Made by a program: the position numbers and the translations under genes. Shown piece after piece: positions 1-9,552 of a DNA stretch of 44,014 bases. Source of the stretch: Candidatus Sigynarchaeum calidifontis (lineage in GTDB: Archaea; Asgardarchaeota; Lokiarchaeia; Sigyniarchaeales; Sigyniarchaeaceae); contig JAUQYZ020000257.1 of the NCBI GenBank assembly GCA_030587475.2, forward strand, positions 1 through 44,014. Reading direction: 5' to 3'. Each line of letters begins with the position of its first letter. Positions within the stretch are counted from its first letter, which is position 1. The notes under the pieces are model-generated. The model saw only the letters and a program-made list of their open reading frames with translations, had not been told where the DNA came from and ran no database searches.

Positions 1-169
1 CAGTGCTTGTTTTCGCTCATTCCACCAGCACGAGTAGTGCGCTCGTAGAAATACGCTTCGCTCTTGGCCAAAATTAATAATATTGCATCGACATGTTGAT
101 ATGCACCCGCGAACCTTTTATGTGCCATTCATTTAACATAGGTAAACGGTCGTGTCTGGTCGGTCATCG

Positions 170-1711
170 ATGGTAGAAAAGACCTTTGAATCGATCAATG
201 AACGGATCAAGAAGGGCGACGCGGTTGTGCTCACCGCGGACGAGATGGTAAACTACGTCCAAGAGCACGGTGTCGAAAAAGCGGCCAAGGATGTCGACGT
301 GGTGACGACCGGCACGTTCGGTGCGATGTGTTCCTCCGGATGCTTTCTCAATTTTGGGCACAGCGACCCGCCCATCAAGATGGAAAAGGTCTGGCTCAAC
401 GACGTGGAGGCATACCACGGCAACGCGGCGGTTGACGCGTACCTCGGCGTGACCAAGATGTCGGAGAAGTTCCCATTTGAATACGGTGGTGGTCACGTGA
501 TCGAGGACCTGTTGCTCGGGAAATCGATCGAGCTCCGCGCCGAGGCTTACGGGACTGATTGCTATCCCCGAACTCATCTCAAGACCACCATCACGCTCGA
601 TGACTTGAATCAAGCCATCTTGTGCAACCCCCGGAATGCCTACCAGCGATACTCGTGCGCGACGAACTCGACGAACCGCACGATCTACACGTACATGGGC
701 AAGCTGCTTCCCGAGTTCGAGAACGCCACGTTCTCGGGCGCCGGCCAGCTGTCTCCCCTCCAGAAGGACCATGCGTTCGAGACGATCGGGGTGGGCACGC
801 GCATCTTCCTCGGTGGAGGTAAGGGATTCGTGATAGGCGAGGGGACACAGCATAACCCCACGAATGGATTCAGCACGCTGTTCGTGACAGGCGATTTGAA
901 GCAGATGCGCGCCGATTTCCTCAAGGGGGCGACGTTCACGAAATACGGGACATCTATGTTTGTCGGTCTCGGGATTCCAATTCCTGTACTTAATGAACGA
1001 ATTGCGAGAAACTGCGGGCTGAAGGATTCAGAGATAATCACGGATATCGTCGATTACGGCATACCCCGGCGCAACAGGCCGAATATCGGCAAGGTTTCTT
1101 ACGAGCAATTGAAGTCCGGCGAGATCACGATCAACGGGAAGGACGTGCGGGTCAGTCCGCTCTCGTCACTTGCCAAGGCTAAGGAAATAGCCGCAATCTT
1201 GAAGACCTGGATTCAAAAGGGCGAGTTCTTACTCACGAAGCCAGTGGAAAAAATATCCACTACGACAAAGTTCAAGCCTATGAAACCAGAGGAAGGCATT
1301 TCCTTCGTGAAAGAGCTATTCAAGGACGCACTTACATGCAAATTGGATGACGATCTCGAGAGCGTCGCAAAATTGATCGTGGCAAACAACGAGGACCATG
1401 TCGTGGTGATTGATGATAAGCATATCTTGCAAGGAATATTGACGAGTTTTGATATCACGAAAGCAGTAGCTTTCAACAAGAGAAAAGTGAGCGAGATCGT
1501 CACGCGCAAGGTCATCTCGGTAACTCCAGAGGAGACCATCTACGAGCTCATTGGCAAACTGAAAAAATACAACATCTCGGCCATGCCTGTCGTTGACAAT
1601 AATAACAAGGTTTTAGGCATCGTATCGGCGGATATGCTAGTCAAGGATCTCGCGCCAAAGCCTAAAAGCGATTCACAAAGCAGCAAGATTGCTAAAAAGG
1701 AAAAAAAGTGA
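170..1711 (+). CDS. L-aspartate semialdehyde sulfurtransferase (homocysteine biosynthesis, MA1821/DUF39-type) with C-terminal CBS pair
   Basis: N-terminus INERIKKGDAVVLTADE, motif DVVTTGTFGAMCSSG with the conserved Cys, NPRNAYQ, two C-terminal CBS repeats. ATG at 170 preferred over GTG at 152. Confidence 0.9.
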   Translation: MVEKTFESINERIKKGDAVVLTADEMVNYVQEHGVEKAAKDVDVVTTGTFGAMCSSGCFLNFGHSDPPIKMEKVWLNDVEAYHGNAAVDAYLGVTKMSEKFPFEYGGGHVIEDLLLGKSIELRAEAYGTDCYPRTHLKTTITLDDLNQAILCNPRNAYQRYSCATNSTNRTIYTYMGKLLPEFENATFSGAGQLSPLQKDHAFETIGVGTRIFLGGGKGFVIGEGTQHNPTNGFSTLFVTGDLKQMRADFLKGATFTKYGTSMFVGLGIPIPVLNERIARNCGLKDSEIITDIVDYGIPRRNRPNIGKVSYEQLKSGEITINGKDVRVSPLSSLAKAKEIAAILKTWIQKGEFLLTKPVEKISTTTKFKPMKPEEGISFVKELFKDALTCKLDDDLESVAKLIVANNEDHVVVIDDKHILQGILTSFDITKAVAFNKRKVSEIVTRKVISVTPEETIYELIGKLKKYNISAMPVVDNNNKVLGIVSADMLVKDLAPKPKSDSQSSKIAKKEKK

Positions 1712-1717
1712 GAAAAA

Positions 1718-2113
1718 ATGGGAAAAATAAATGTCATTTTTCCTAAAAACTACAACTTCAACGGCATCAAGCCAAAGCTATCCATCGACGTGAACGGCAA
1801 GCCGGTTTCCGCCACGATTATACGATCGACATTTACGGCAGATGGTGCACATCTCGTCCTGGACATCCCTACGGGCGTGGATCTCGATGATTTCGTAAGC
1901 TTTATGTCCCAAGACGGGGCGAGGGCCTATAAACGGGCGCTTGTCACGGTCGATGCAAACGAGTGCATCCAATGCGGTCAATGCACGGGATCTTGTGCCT
2001 ACGATGCACTTACGCTCGATGCGGACTTCAAGCTCGTCGTAAACCAGGAGAATTGCATTGGCTGTAGAACTTGTATGGATACGTGTCCACGGCGATGTAT
2101 TACTGTTTATTAA
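1718..2113 (+). CDS. NIL-like domain + 2x[4Fe-4S] ferredoxin (MA1822-type partner of the homocysteine synthase)
   Basis: CIQCGQCTGSC and CIGCRTCMDTCP motifs. Starts 6 nt after the DUF39-CBS gene, the known gene pairing. Confidence 0.85.
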   Translation: MGKINVIFPKNYNFNGIKPKLSIDVNGKPVSATIIRSTFTADGAHLVLDIPTGVDLDDFVSFMSQDGARAYKRALVTVDANECIQCGQCTGSCAYDALTLDADFKLVVNQENCIGCRTCMDTCPRRCITVY

Positions 2114-2396
2114 TGCTATTCCGTCGGTTTATTAACGTGGCAATAGCCATTGTACCCTCCCTGGCAGCATGGATGATGTGATTCTTATTTAAGCGAATGA
2201 ACATGTTTCATTTCAAAAGTAAAGCGCCTATCGGATTAATCAAGCGAAGAGATCGACAAAAACATTTTAATAATTACAGAATAATATTCCTTTACCCACT
2301 GGTGCTTGGTAGGAACACCGTGTTGCGTGGGAAGCCCTTGGGCTTTGTGGAACCGAGGGGTACATCGGTATATCATGCGTGTGAGTTGACGTTAGG

Positions 2397-2681
2397 ATGA
2401 AAATAATCACGATCAATCTGTCGGAACCCCATGTCAAGGCATTACAAGTCTTGCAAGATCTTGGCTTATATCCAAGCCGTTCTGAGGCTATTCGCGTTGC
2501 CATCCGCGATTTTTTGCAGCGGGAACTTGGCTTCGCACAAAAAATTGATGATATCGACGCACCAGCATCTAATCACGAGAAAATCACGCCAACCGCGCCC
2601 GTGGCTGACAAGAAAAAGGAAATTGCCAGGTTATTGCGGAAATTGCGGGAGGAAACGCCGGACTTGAGCACCGTTGCGTGA
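2397..2681 (+). CDS. Ribbon-helix-helix (CopG/Arc/MetJ-type) DNA-binding protein
   Basis: MKIITINLSEPHVKALQVLQDLGLYPSRSEAIRVAIRDFL fits the RHH pattern (strand-helix-SRSEAIR helix). Confidence 0.85.
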   Translation: MKIITINLSEPHVKALQVLQDLGLYPSRSEAIRVAIRDFLQRELGFAQKIDDIDAPASNHEKITPTAPVADKKKEIARLLRKLREETPDLSTVA

Positions 2682-2715
2682 ACTACGCGGTGTTCTTTTT
2701 TTCCCCCATTTTCTC

Positions 2716-5658
2716 CTATTTGCCCTTTCGTATCTTCATATATTGCAGCTCATAAAGGTGGTTGTAAAGTCCTTTCTTCTTGAGCAATTCCTCGTGGTTA
2801 CCCTCCTCCACGATACGTCCATCGTCGATGACGATTATACGGTCTGAATTGATGACAGTTGATAGGCGGTGTGCTATCGTGATGGAGGTTCGATCCCGGA
2901 GCAAAACATCGAGGGCGTTTTTCACGATTATCTCGCTATAGGGGTCGATGGCGCTCGTGGCCTCGTCGAGGATGAGTATGGGCGGGTCGACGAGGAGCGC
3001 CCGCGCGAACGAGATAAGCTGCTTCTGGCCGAGGCTGAGTCGCGACCCTCGCTCGCGCACGGGCGTATCGTATCCCTTTTCCATGTTCATAATGAATTCG
3101 TGGATGCCGAGCTTTCTCGTGATAGCGTAGACCTCCTCGTCGGGTGCCGAGGGCTTGCCGTACTTGATGTTGTCCATGACCGAGCCCGAGAACAAATAAT
3201 TATCCTGGAGCACTATGCCCATGAGCCGCCTGAGCGCGTCCAGCTTGAAATGTCGCAGGTCAATATCATTGATCAAGATTCGGCCGCTCGTGGGATCCCA
3301 AAAGCGACTGAGTAGCGCGATGAAGGTTGTTTTCCCCGCGCCTGTATAACCAACCAGCGCGAGTCGCTCCTTTGGTTTTACCTTGAGCGTGATGTTCTTG
3401 AGTACCTGGATGCCTTTCTCGTAACCGAATGACACGTTTTCGAATTTTAGCTTGATCGTTTCCTTGTTCAACGCCTCGAACTCGGGCGAGCCGATGCCTA
3501 TCGAGTGGCGCTTTTCTTGTACGGATGACTGTGCGTCGATGAGGCGGATGATACGTTCGCCAGCTGCCATGGAATTCTGGAGCTGTGACGTGAAACCCAT
3601 GACCTGGATCACCGGACCGATAAATTGTATGAGATAGATGATGAAGGAAAATAGCCTTCCACGAGTGAACGCGTCGGTCGCGACCGCGGGGGGAAAGATC
3701 AGCGACTGCGTGTAAAGCCAGCCACCGAGGAGAATAAGTACCATCATGCCCATGCTGATCACGGCGATGATACCGCCTGGCAAGGCAGCGAAGAGTCTGG
3801 CTGCCTTTAAATTGATCTCGAGCTCCTCGCTAGTTGCTCGCCTGAACGTCGATGCATCTTTCTCCTCTATGGCGAATGCCTGGATCACCCGCATCCCAGC
3901 GATTGATTCTTGCGTGTGTGTCGTTACGGCGGCAATTTTGTTCCGCATCGTAACAAAATACTGGCGAGCCTTCCTAAAAACAAACATGCCTAGAATGCCG
4001 AGGAATGGAAGAATCATGAATGCAACAAGTGAGAGCTGCCAAGAAATGACGAACATGAAAAAAACCGAACCGATGAGCTGGAATATCTGGATGAAGATGG
4101 TCAAGAATCCCTGGCTCACGAGCTGCTGTATCGTTTCTACATCATTCGTGATATAGCTGATGATTTTCCCGGCGGGCTGCGAGTTGTAGTAATCGAATGA
4201 CAATTGCTGGAGGTTTGCGAACATGCGGGCCCGCATGCTGTACATAGTCTTGTTCGCGAGATATTGGATGAGATAATTGGTTACAATATGGAAAACCGTG
4301 CTCGTACCAGAGAAAATCAGGAAAAAAATACCAGCATTCATGATGACCGACCAACTCGCGTCAGTATCGGGTAGATCACCTAGCCCGTAATCAACAAGAT
4401 ACCTGAAGATGAGAGGCGTGATCATGCCTACAAGAGCATTGAAAAAAACCATGCCGAGCAATATCCCAAGCTTTTTCCTCTCTTTTCCCGCGATTTCGGA
4501 CAATAATCGCTTGATCACGTAGAAATCGCTCATTGTTCGCTTTCGCTTGAGCATCCAGAAGAGTTTACCGAATAATTTAACAATGAAACTGACAAGAACA
4601 AGATCGTGCTTGTATTTGTCGTCAAGGTTGACATCTTGTCCTGGAACCAGCTGCTTGATTAGTTTTTCGACATGTTGTTTTAAGTTTTCAATAAGATCCT
4701 TGGTAACTGGATCATCCGTATAAAAATCTGGATTTTCTTCCATATCCTTGAATCGATAGACGATCGTGTTTAACGTGTGGAGTTGGTCGAGGTATCTCTT
4801 GAAAAGATCTTCGTGTTCAGGAGTGAGCTTCTTACTCGAAGTCTTTTCGTTCAATTCAATTCCCTGGTGGAATATCTTGCTTTCGATCGAGCTGATCTTT
4901 CGCCGTATCGCGTGTAAGCGCTCGATGATGTAGAGGAGCTCGAAAACTGCAGGATGCAGGTTCCCATTTGCTCCATTAATGCTCGGAGGAGATTCTGGTA
5001 TGATAAATCGTGTTTCTTGTTCGGGTAACGTGAGCAAGTTTTGCTTTATCTGAAGCAGCTGGACGACGCGGAACAGATATTCAAGCTGCGCATCCTTGTC
5101 GACGACGTTCCAGTTGAACAGCCGGAGATTGTCCTGTAAGTCAAAAAGAAGCTCGAGTGCCTTGTACTCGTAAGGCTTCAGATTCTTCTTATACTGCTGG
5201 AGGATCTGTGCCGTGAGCTTGTCGAAGTAGAACTCTTCTCGGTGAGAGATCTCGCTGAACCGCTTGTTAACCTTCTTTTTCACCTTGTCAATCTTGTCGA
5301 TTGCCTTGGCGACGACTTTTCTCGGCTCATGCTTTTTCGCAAAGAGCTTGAACATAAATTGATTGAAGAACCGGCGCGCGTCATCTTCTGGGGTGAAGAC
5401 CCGTCGTTCAATCGCCCCAGGCCACCCACCAACCGAATCCCGATTGAAAAATTCTTCTCGATATTCATTTATCTCGGCTTGTAATACAATGCGTTCGATC
5501 GGATTGCAGAGCTCCCTAACCCGGAGAAACTTCTTTGTCGTTATATCGGAAATCTCGTAGGGACAATCCGGCGACGTCGTCCGTTTCAAGCTTCGCTCGA
5601 TAATTTTAAGTTCTTCTTTCGTGTCTTTGCGAAGCTGGCGACCCCTTCTGATGCTCAT
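2716..5658 (-). CDS. ABC exporter half-transporter (TMD+NBD, consensus catalytic motifs) with ~375-aa N-terminal extension
   Basis: Walker A GYTGAGKT, signature LSLGQ, Walker B ILILDE, H-loop IAHRL, 6-TM domain. Start overlaps the upstream stop (ATGA). Confidence 0.92.
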   Translation of the reverse strand: MSIRRGRQLRKDTKEELKIIERSLKRTTSPDCPYEISDITTKKFLRVRELCNPIERIVLQAEINEYREEFFNRDSVGGWPGAIERRVFTPEDDARRFFNQFMFKLFAKKHEPRKVVAKAIDKIDKVKKKVNKRFSEISHREEFYFDKLTAQILQQYKKNLKPYEYKALELLFDLQDNLRLFNWNVVDKDAQLEYLFRVVQLLQIKQNLLTLPEQETRFIIPESPPSINGANGNLHPAVFELLYIIERLHAIRRKISSIESKIFHQGIELNEKTSSKKLTPEHEDLFKRYLDQLHTLNTIVYRFKDMEENPDFYTDDPVTKDLIENLKQHVEKLIKQLVPGQDVNLDDKYKHDLVLVSFIVKLFGKLFWMLKRKRTMSDFYVIKRLLSEIAGKERKKLGILLGMVFFNALVGMITPLIFRYLVDYGLGDLPDTDASWSVIMNAGIFFLIFSGTSTVFHIVTNYLIQYLANKTMYSMRARMFANLQQLSFDYYNSQPAGKIISYITNDVETIQQLVSQGFLTIFIQIFQLIGSVFFMFVISWQLSLVAFMILPFLGILGMFVFRKARQYFVTMRNKIAAVTTHTQESIAGMRVIQAFAIEEKDASTFRRATSEELEINLKAARLFAALPGGIIAVISMGMMVLILLGGWLYTQSLIFPPAVATDAFTRGRLFSFIIYLIQFIGPVIQVMGFTSQLQNSMAAGERIIRLIDAQSSVQEKRHSIGIGSPEFEALNKETIKLKFENVSFGYEKGIQVLKNITLKVKPKERLALVGYTGAGKTTFIALLSRFWDPTSGRILINDIDLRHFKLDALRRLMGIVLQDNYLFSGSVMDNIKYGKPSAPDEEVYAITRKLGIHEFIMNMEKGYDTPVRERGSRLSLGQKQLISFARALLVDPPILILDEATSAIDPYSEIIVKNALDVLLRDRTSITIAHRLSTVINSDRIIVIDDGRIVEEGNHEELLKKKGLYNHLYELQYMKIRKGK

Positions 5659-7586
5659 TTTATATATCCCTCTTTTTCGAGCGTCGAAAACAATTTCTGG
5701 TATATGCCCCCATCCTGGGCGATAAGCTCTTCATGCGTTCCCATCTGGGCGATCCGGTTGTTATGGAGGACGATAATTTTATCTGCCAGGCGCACGGTCG
5801 ACAATCGCTGGGAAATGATAAAAGTCGTGCTCCCGCGGCCTTGGAAAAGGTTTTTGAAGCTCTTCTGAATTTCGTATTCCGTGTCCACATCGATAGAGCT
5901 CGTGGCGTCGTCGAGGATGAGGATCCGGGGCCGTTTAATGATAGCGCGAGCAATCGCGATACGCTGCTTCTGGCCGCCAGATAGCGTGACCCCACGCTCG
6001 CCGACCATTGTCTCGTATTGTTCGGGCAGCGAGTCGACAAAATCATGGATGCTGGCGAGCTTAGCTGCATTGATGATGTCATCCATTGAATATTCATTGT
6101 CCTTGTCGGAGATGGCTATATTTTCCTTGATCGAACGAGAGAACAAGAAAATCTCTTGTGAAACGATGCCTATTTGCGTGCGCAAGGAGTGTAAATCGTA
6201 ATCCTTTACATTAATGCCGTCGATCAAGATCTCTCCACAACCCTCTGGAACATCGTAAAACCGGGGGATTAAATTTATGATCGATGACTTGCCAGAGCCC
6301 GTGGCGCCAAGGATAGCAATCGTCTCTCCCGGCTCGACTTTAAAGCTGATATTTTGTAAGACGTATTTTTCCGTTCCAGGATACTTGAAGCTCACGTTGC
6401 GGAATTCCACGAACCCATTTATTTGGATGTCAATAGCGTTCGGTTTTGAAACAATCTCGGACTTGGCATTGAGAACATCGACCACGCGCTCACAAGCAGC
6501 ATTTGTTTGGCTGAAATTTCCCAAAAAAACGCCGAGAAACCTTAGCGGGCCTTGGGCAAATTGCATGAGCAAGATGAACGTAAAAATATTTCCTATGGTC
6601 ATCTCCTTGGAGATGAAGAGCCACCCGCCGATGAAAATGATGGTCACGAGACCGAACACGTTAAGCAAACCGATGATGGGATCGAATAAAGACGTTAACC
6701 GGGCGATGCGCATCTGTTTCCCGTAATAATCGTCGTTTTTCGCCCCAAATTTTGTCGTTTCATTTTGACCCTGGGCAAAAGCCCGTACCACCTTTACGCC
6801 AGTGACGTTCTCCTCGACCACGCTCGTGAGCTGGCCATAGCTCTTGCGGGAGGCTAGAAAAAGCGGGTGCATCGCCTTGCGATACTTGAACATGACGAGC
6901 ATTATGAATGGCATGATGAGCAATGCGAGAGAAGCCAGAAAGGGTTCCACGATGAACATGAGCACCAGCGCGAGGCCGAACTGCAAGATATCGCGGATGA
7001 ACATGGCCAGCTCTTGAGTTAAGATGTGGCGCAGCAGGTTCACGTCGGACGTCGTGCGGGCGACCAGGTCTCCGACTTGTTGCTTGTCATAATAGCTATA
7101 GGGTTGGACTTGCAAGGAGTCGAAGATAGCATTTCGTAAATCAAAAATGATCCTGTTACCAATGTATTCATTCTGGTATTGACGCGTAAACATCACGATT
7201 GCCATCGAAATGACGCTGATTAGTAGTAATACGATGATCCCGCTGAGTGCGTTCATTGCTGCTTGTAGCACGACATTTGGATCCGCCCCTTGCAATCCTG
7301 GCATGTTGTGGTCGGTATCATACTTATCAAAAACGATTGGAATGATGTCCAAAGCTTGTCCGGCGAGCATTGGTAGCAAGAGAAACAACAAAGCTTGCAT
7401 GATCGAGAGAATTATCGTCGCGATGAATCGCCGCTTGTATGGCATCATGAACTGGAAGACCCGCATGAATTCCGGGCTTATAAGCTTGTAATTTCGAGGC
7501 CGATCATCCAGTTCTTCGTAAATATTCATGTACTCGGCGTGTCCAGCCATGTTCGCCAACCAGCGTTGGAATTCACGGCGCGGCAT
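5655..7586 (-). CDS. ABC exporter half-transporter (degenerate-site subunit of a heterodimer)
   Basis: GATGSGKS, LSGGQ, Walker B ILILDD (E to D), switch ISQRL (H to Q). This is the TM287/288-type degenerate pattern. Confidence 0.93.
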   Translation of the reverse strand: MPRREFQRWLANMAGHAEYMNIYEELDDRPRNYKLISPEFMRVFQFMMPYKRRFIATIILSIMQALLFLLLPMLAGQALDIIPIVFDKYDTDHNMPGLQGADPNVVLQAAMNALSGIIVLLLISVISMAIVMFTRQYQNEYIGNRIIFDLRNAIFDSLQVQPYSYYDKQQVGDLVARTTSDVNLLRHILTQELAMFIRDILQFGLALVLMFIVEPFLASLALLIMPFIMLVMFKYRKAMHPLFLASRKSYGQLTSVVEENVTGVKVVRAFAQGQNETTKFGAKNDDYYGKQMRIARLTSLFDPIIGLLNVFGLVTIIFIGGWLFISKEMTIGNIFTFILLMQFAQGPLRFLGVFLGNFSQTNAACERVVDVLNAKSEIVSKPNAIDIQINGFVEFRNVSFKYPGTEKYVLQNISFKVEPGETIAILGATGSGKSSIINLIPRFYDVPEGCGEILIDGINVKDYDLHSLRTQIGIVSQEIFLFSRSIKENIAISDKDNEYSMDDIINAAKLASIHDFVDSLPEQYETMVGERGVTLSGGQKQRIAIARAIIKRPRILILDDATSSIDVDTEYEIQKSFKNLFQGRGSTTFIISQRLSTVRLADKIIVLHNNRIAQMGTHEELIAQDGGIYQKLFSTLEKEGYIK

Positions 7587-7709
7587 CGTTAAAATACACG
7601 ATCCATGCCCGTACCATCCGCGCGCGTGAAGAAATGGTTTGGTGCTTATGCGAAAGTGACGTGGCTTTGCTTTAAAATTAATATTTCATTGACTAAGCAT
7701 GACATCACA

Positions 7710-8006
7710 ATGTCAAGGACCATCGATGAGGAAACGGTCGTCCACCTGGCCGAGCTCGCCCGTATCACGCTGTCGGAGAAGGAAAAAAGGGAGTTCGCGA
7801 AACAATTATCGAGCATACTCGAATTTTTCTCCCAGATCAGCGAGTTGAACACGGAGAACGTGAAGCCCACCTATCACGTGCTGGATCTCAAGAATGTTTT
7901 TCGCGATGACGAGCCCCGGGAAGGGTTGTCGCAAGAAGCGGCTTTGAAAAATGCGCCGCAAAAGGAAAGAGGGTACTTCAAATCACCCAAAATCACGGAA
8001 GAGTAA
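7710..8006 (+). CDS. gatC: Asp-tRNA(Asn)/Glu-tRNA(Gln) amidotransferase subunit C
   Basis: IDEETVVHLAELARI...NVKPTYHVLDLKNVFRDDEP...NAP...GYFKSPKI. ATG at 7710 gives the typical ~98 aa length. Confidence 0.93.
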   Translation: MSRTIDEETVVHLAELARITLSEKEKREFAKQLSSILEFFSQISELNTENVKPTYHVLDLKNVFRDDEPREGLSQEAALKNAPQKERGYFKSPKITEE

Positions 8007-8021
8007 GGTTTGTTTCTCCTT

Positions 8022-9353
8022 TTACCTCGCGGTACACGATGCATCCGAGGTGCCTTTCACGCACGGGATGATTTGCGGTCCTGCGGGTAGTATCAAGATT
8101 CTCGCGCGTTTCCCGTGTTTTTTCACTGCTTGCGCGATAGCTTGTTCTACACCCGGCACCCACTTTATGCCGAGCTTGACATCCTTGAAGGCCGACTCGG
8201 GCATCGAACTGGCGACGAGGATTTCAGCCCGCGTGGCGGCACGGGCGAGAGTTTGCACCTGCCAGGAAGTCTCGACGACGAGTTCCTTCGTGAGGAGTTT
8301 CTTGATCAGGGCATGCGGGTCGGCTTCACGCTTTATGATCGCCTCGAAATCGTCGGAGCCGAAACCATCCCGCATTTCGTTGGCCGAGATGATCGTACCA
8401 CCCTCCTTTACGGCCAATTCACCAAGGACTATGCTCTTCACGGCCTGGTACAAGTTCAAATCGAGCGGATACCCGCCGTTGTTCACGACGACAATATCAA
8501 AGTAATGATCAAAGTTTGCAACGATTGTCCGCCTCATGAATTGCACGAGTTCGTTATGGGCTGCTTCGAGATCACCCGCGGCGACCTTGATGATGCGGTG
8601 CCGCTCGTCGAGGCACACGTTGACGATGAAATTCACGCCCACGTGCCTTGCTATCTCGAGTGCGTCTTCGTGGATCGGGTTACCCGCCAGCACGGCAAAT
8701 CGGGCGCATGGGTGATTGATATGCGCAGCGGAATGGTTTCCCATGATCGTGGCATCGCCGGCGATGCCAGGCACGATCGCCTTGCGACCGCCTGCAAAGC
8801 CCGCGAAAAAATGCGGGTCGACGTAGCCCGTGAGCACCTTGAGATCGGCGTCCGCATAAGCTTTATTGATCCAGATGGGCGTACCGCGGCTCGAGATTCC
8901 ACGGTTAACGAGCCGAGTCGCATCCTTCGAGTCGTGGTTTACGATTGAATAGGTCGAGACGATATCCTTCCCGAGCATTCGTTCTAGCTCCTCGGGCGTG
9001 GATGCCCGGTGGAGCCCCGTGGCGACGAGGATCGTGATGTTGCCTCGTTGGATTCCCTCGGCTTCGATCCGCTCGAGCAAGGGGGGAAGGATGTCCCTCG
9101 ATGGGACGGGGCGCGTGTGGTCTGAAACCACGATGCAGGCCGTTGCATCTGCTAGTCGCTTCCGCCGATTTGATCGATCTTTTATTATGCTCTTGATAGA
9201 CCGTCCTCCGACGGGATGATCAATAGCCGCCGCGACAGCGGCTTTCGGGTCGATGAATGGTTTCTGGGGAGCTGGCTTCGCGATCGTGATATCGAGATCG
9301 TCCGGGATTTCGATGTCGAGACCAGCCGTCCCATATTGGATGTTGACCTTCAT
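8022..9353 (-). CDS. larA: LarA-family nickel-pincer (NPN) dependent lactate racemase / 2-hydroxyacid epimerase
   Basis: SDHTRP, ATGLHR, HFFAGFAGGRK, GNH and NLYQAVK motifs, including the two cofactor-related lysines. Confidence 0.88.
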   Translation of the reverse strand: MKVNIQYGTAGLDIEIPDDLDITIAKPAPQKPFIDPKAAVAAAIDHPVGGRSIKSIIKDRSNRRKRLADATACIVVSDHTRPVPSRDILPPLLERIEAEGIQRGNITILVATGLHRASTPEELERMLGKDIVSTYSIVNHDSKDATRLVNRGISSRGTPIWINKAYADADLKVLTGYVDPHFFAGFAGGRKAIVPGIAGDATIMGNHSAAHINHPCARFAVLAGNPIHEDALEIARHVGVNFIVNVCLDERHRIIKVAAGDLEAAHNELVQFMRRTIVANFDHYFDIVVVNNGGYPLDLNLYQAVKSIVLGELAVKEGGTIISANEMRDGFGSDDFEAIIKREADPHALIKKLLTKELVVETSWQVQTLARAATRAEILVASSMPESAFKDVKLGIKWVPGVEQAIAQAVKKHGKRARILILPAGPQIIPCVKGTSDASCTAR

Positions 9354-9552
9354 CACGTGTCAGCACGGTTTTTCGAGTTAGTAAGTCTCAATGAAGCATA
9401 GCAATAAACCCATATCGGAAATAATAGAATTGCGGAAAATCGATCAAGATATATCCATTGCGAAATTTTCCAACTTACACGGATTAACGCTTTAATTACT
9501 CCCACACGAAGAATAATCAATCATCGTCGTCGCAAGGGAGTTATCGTATCGA

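Noticed and set aside
2295-2370. tRNA-like cloverleaf (D-loop-like CTTGGTAGG)
   Set aside because: No TTCGA T-loop, acceptor stem or anticodon arm.
8115-8948. 277-aa plus-strand ORF and similar antisense ORFs across the window
   Set aside because: They overlap well-supported genes on the opposite strand and carry no motifs.
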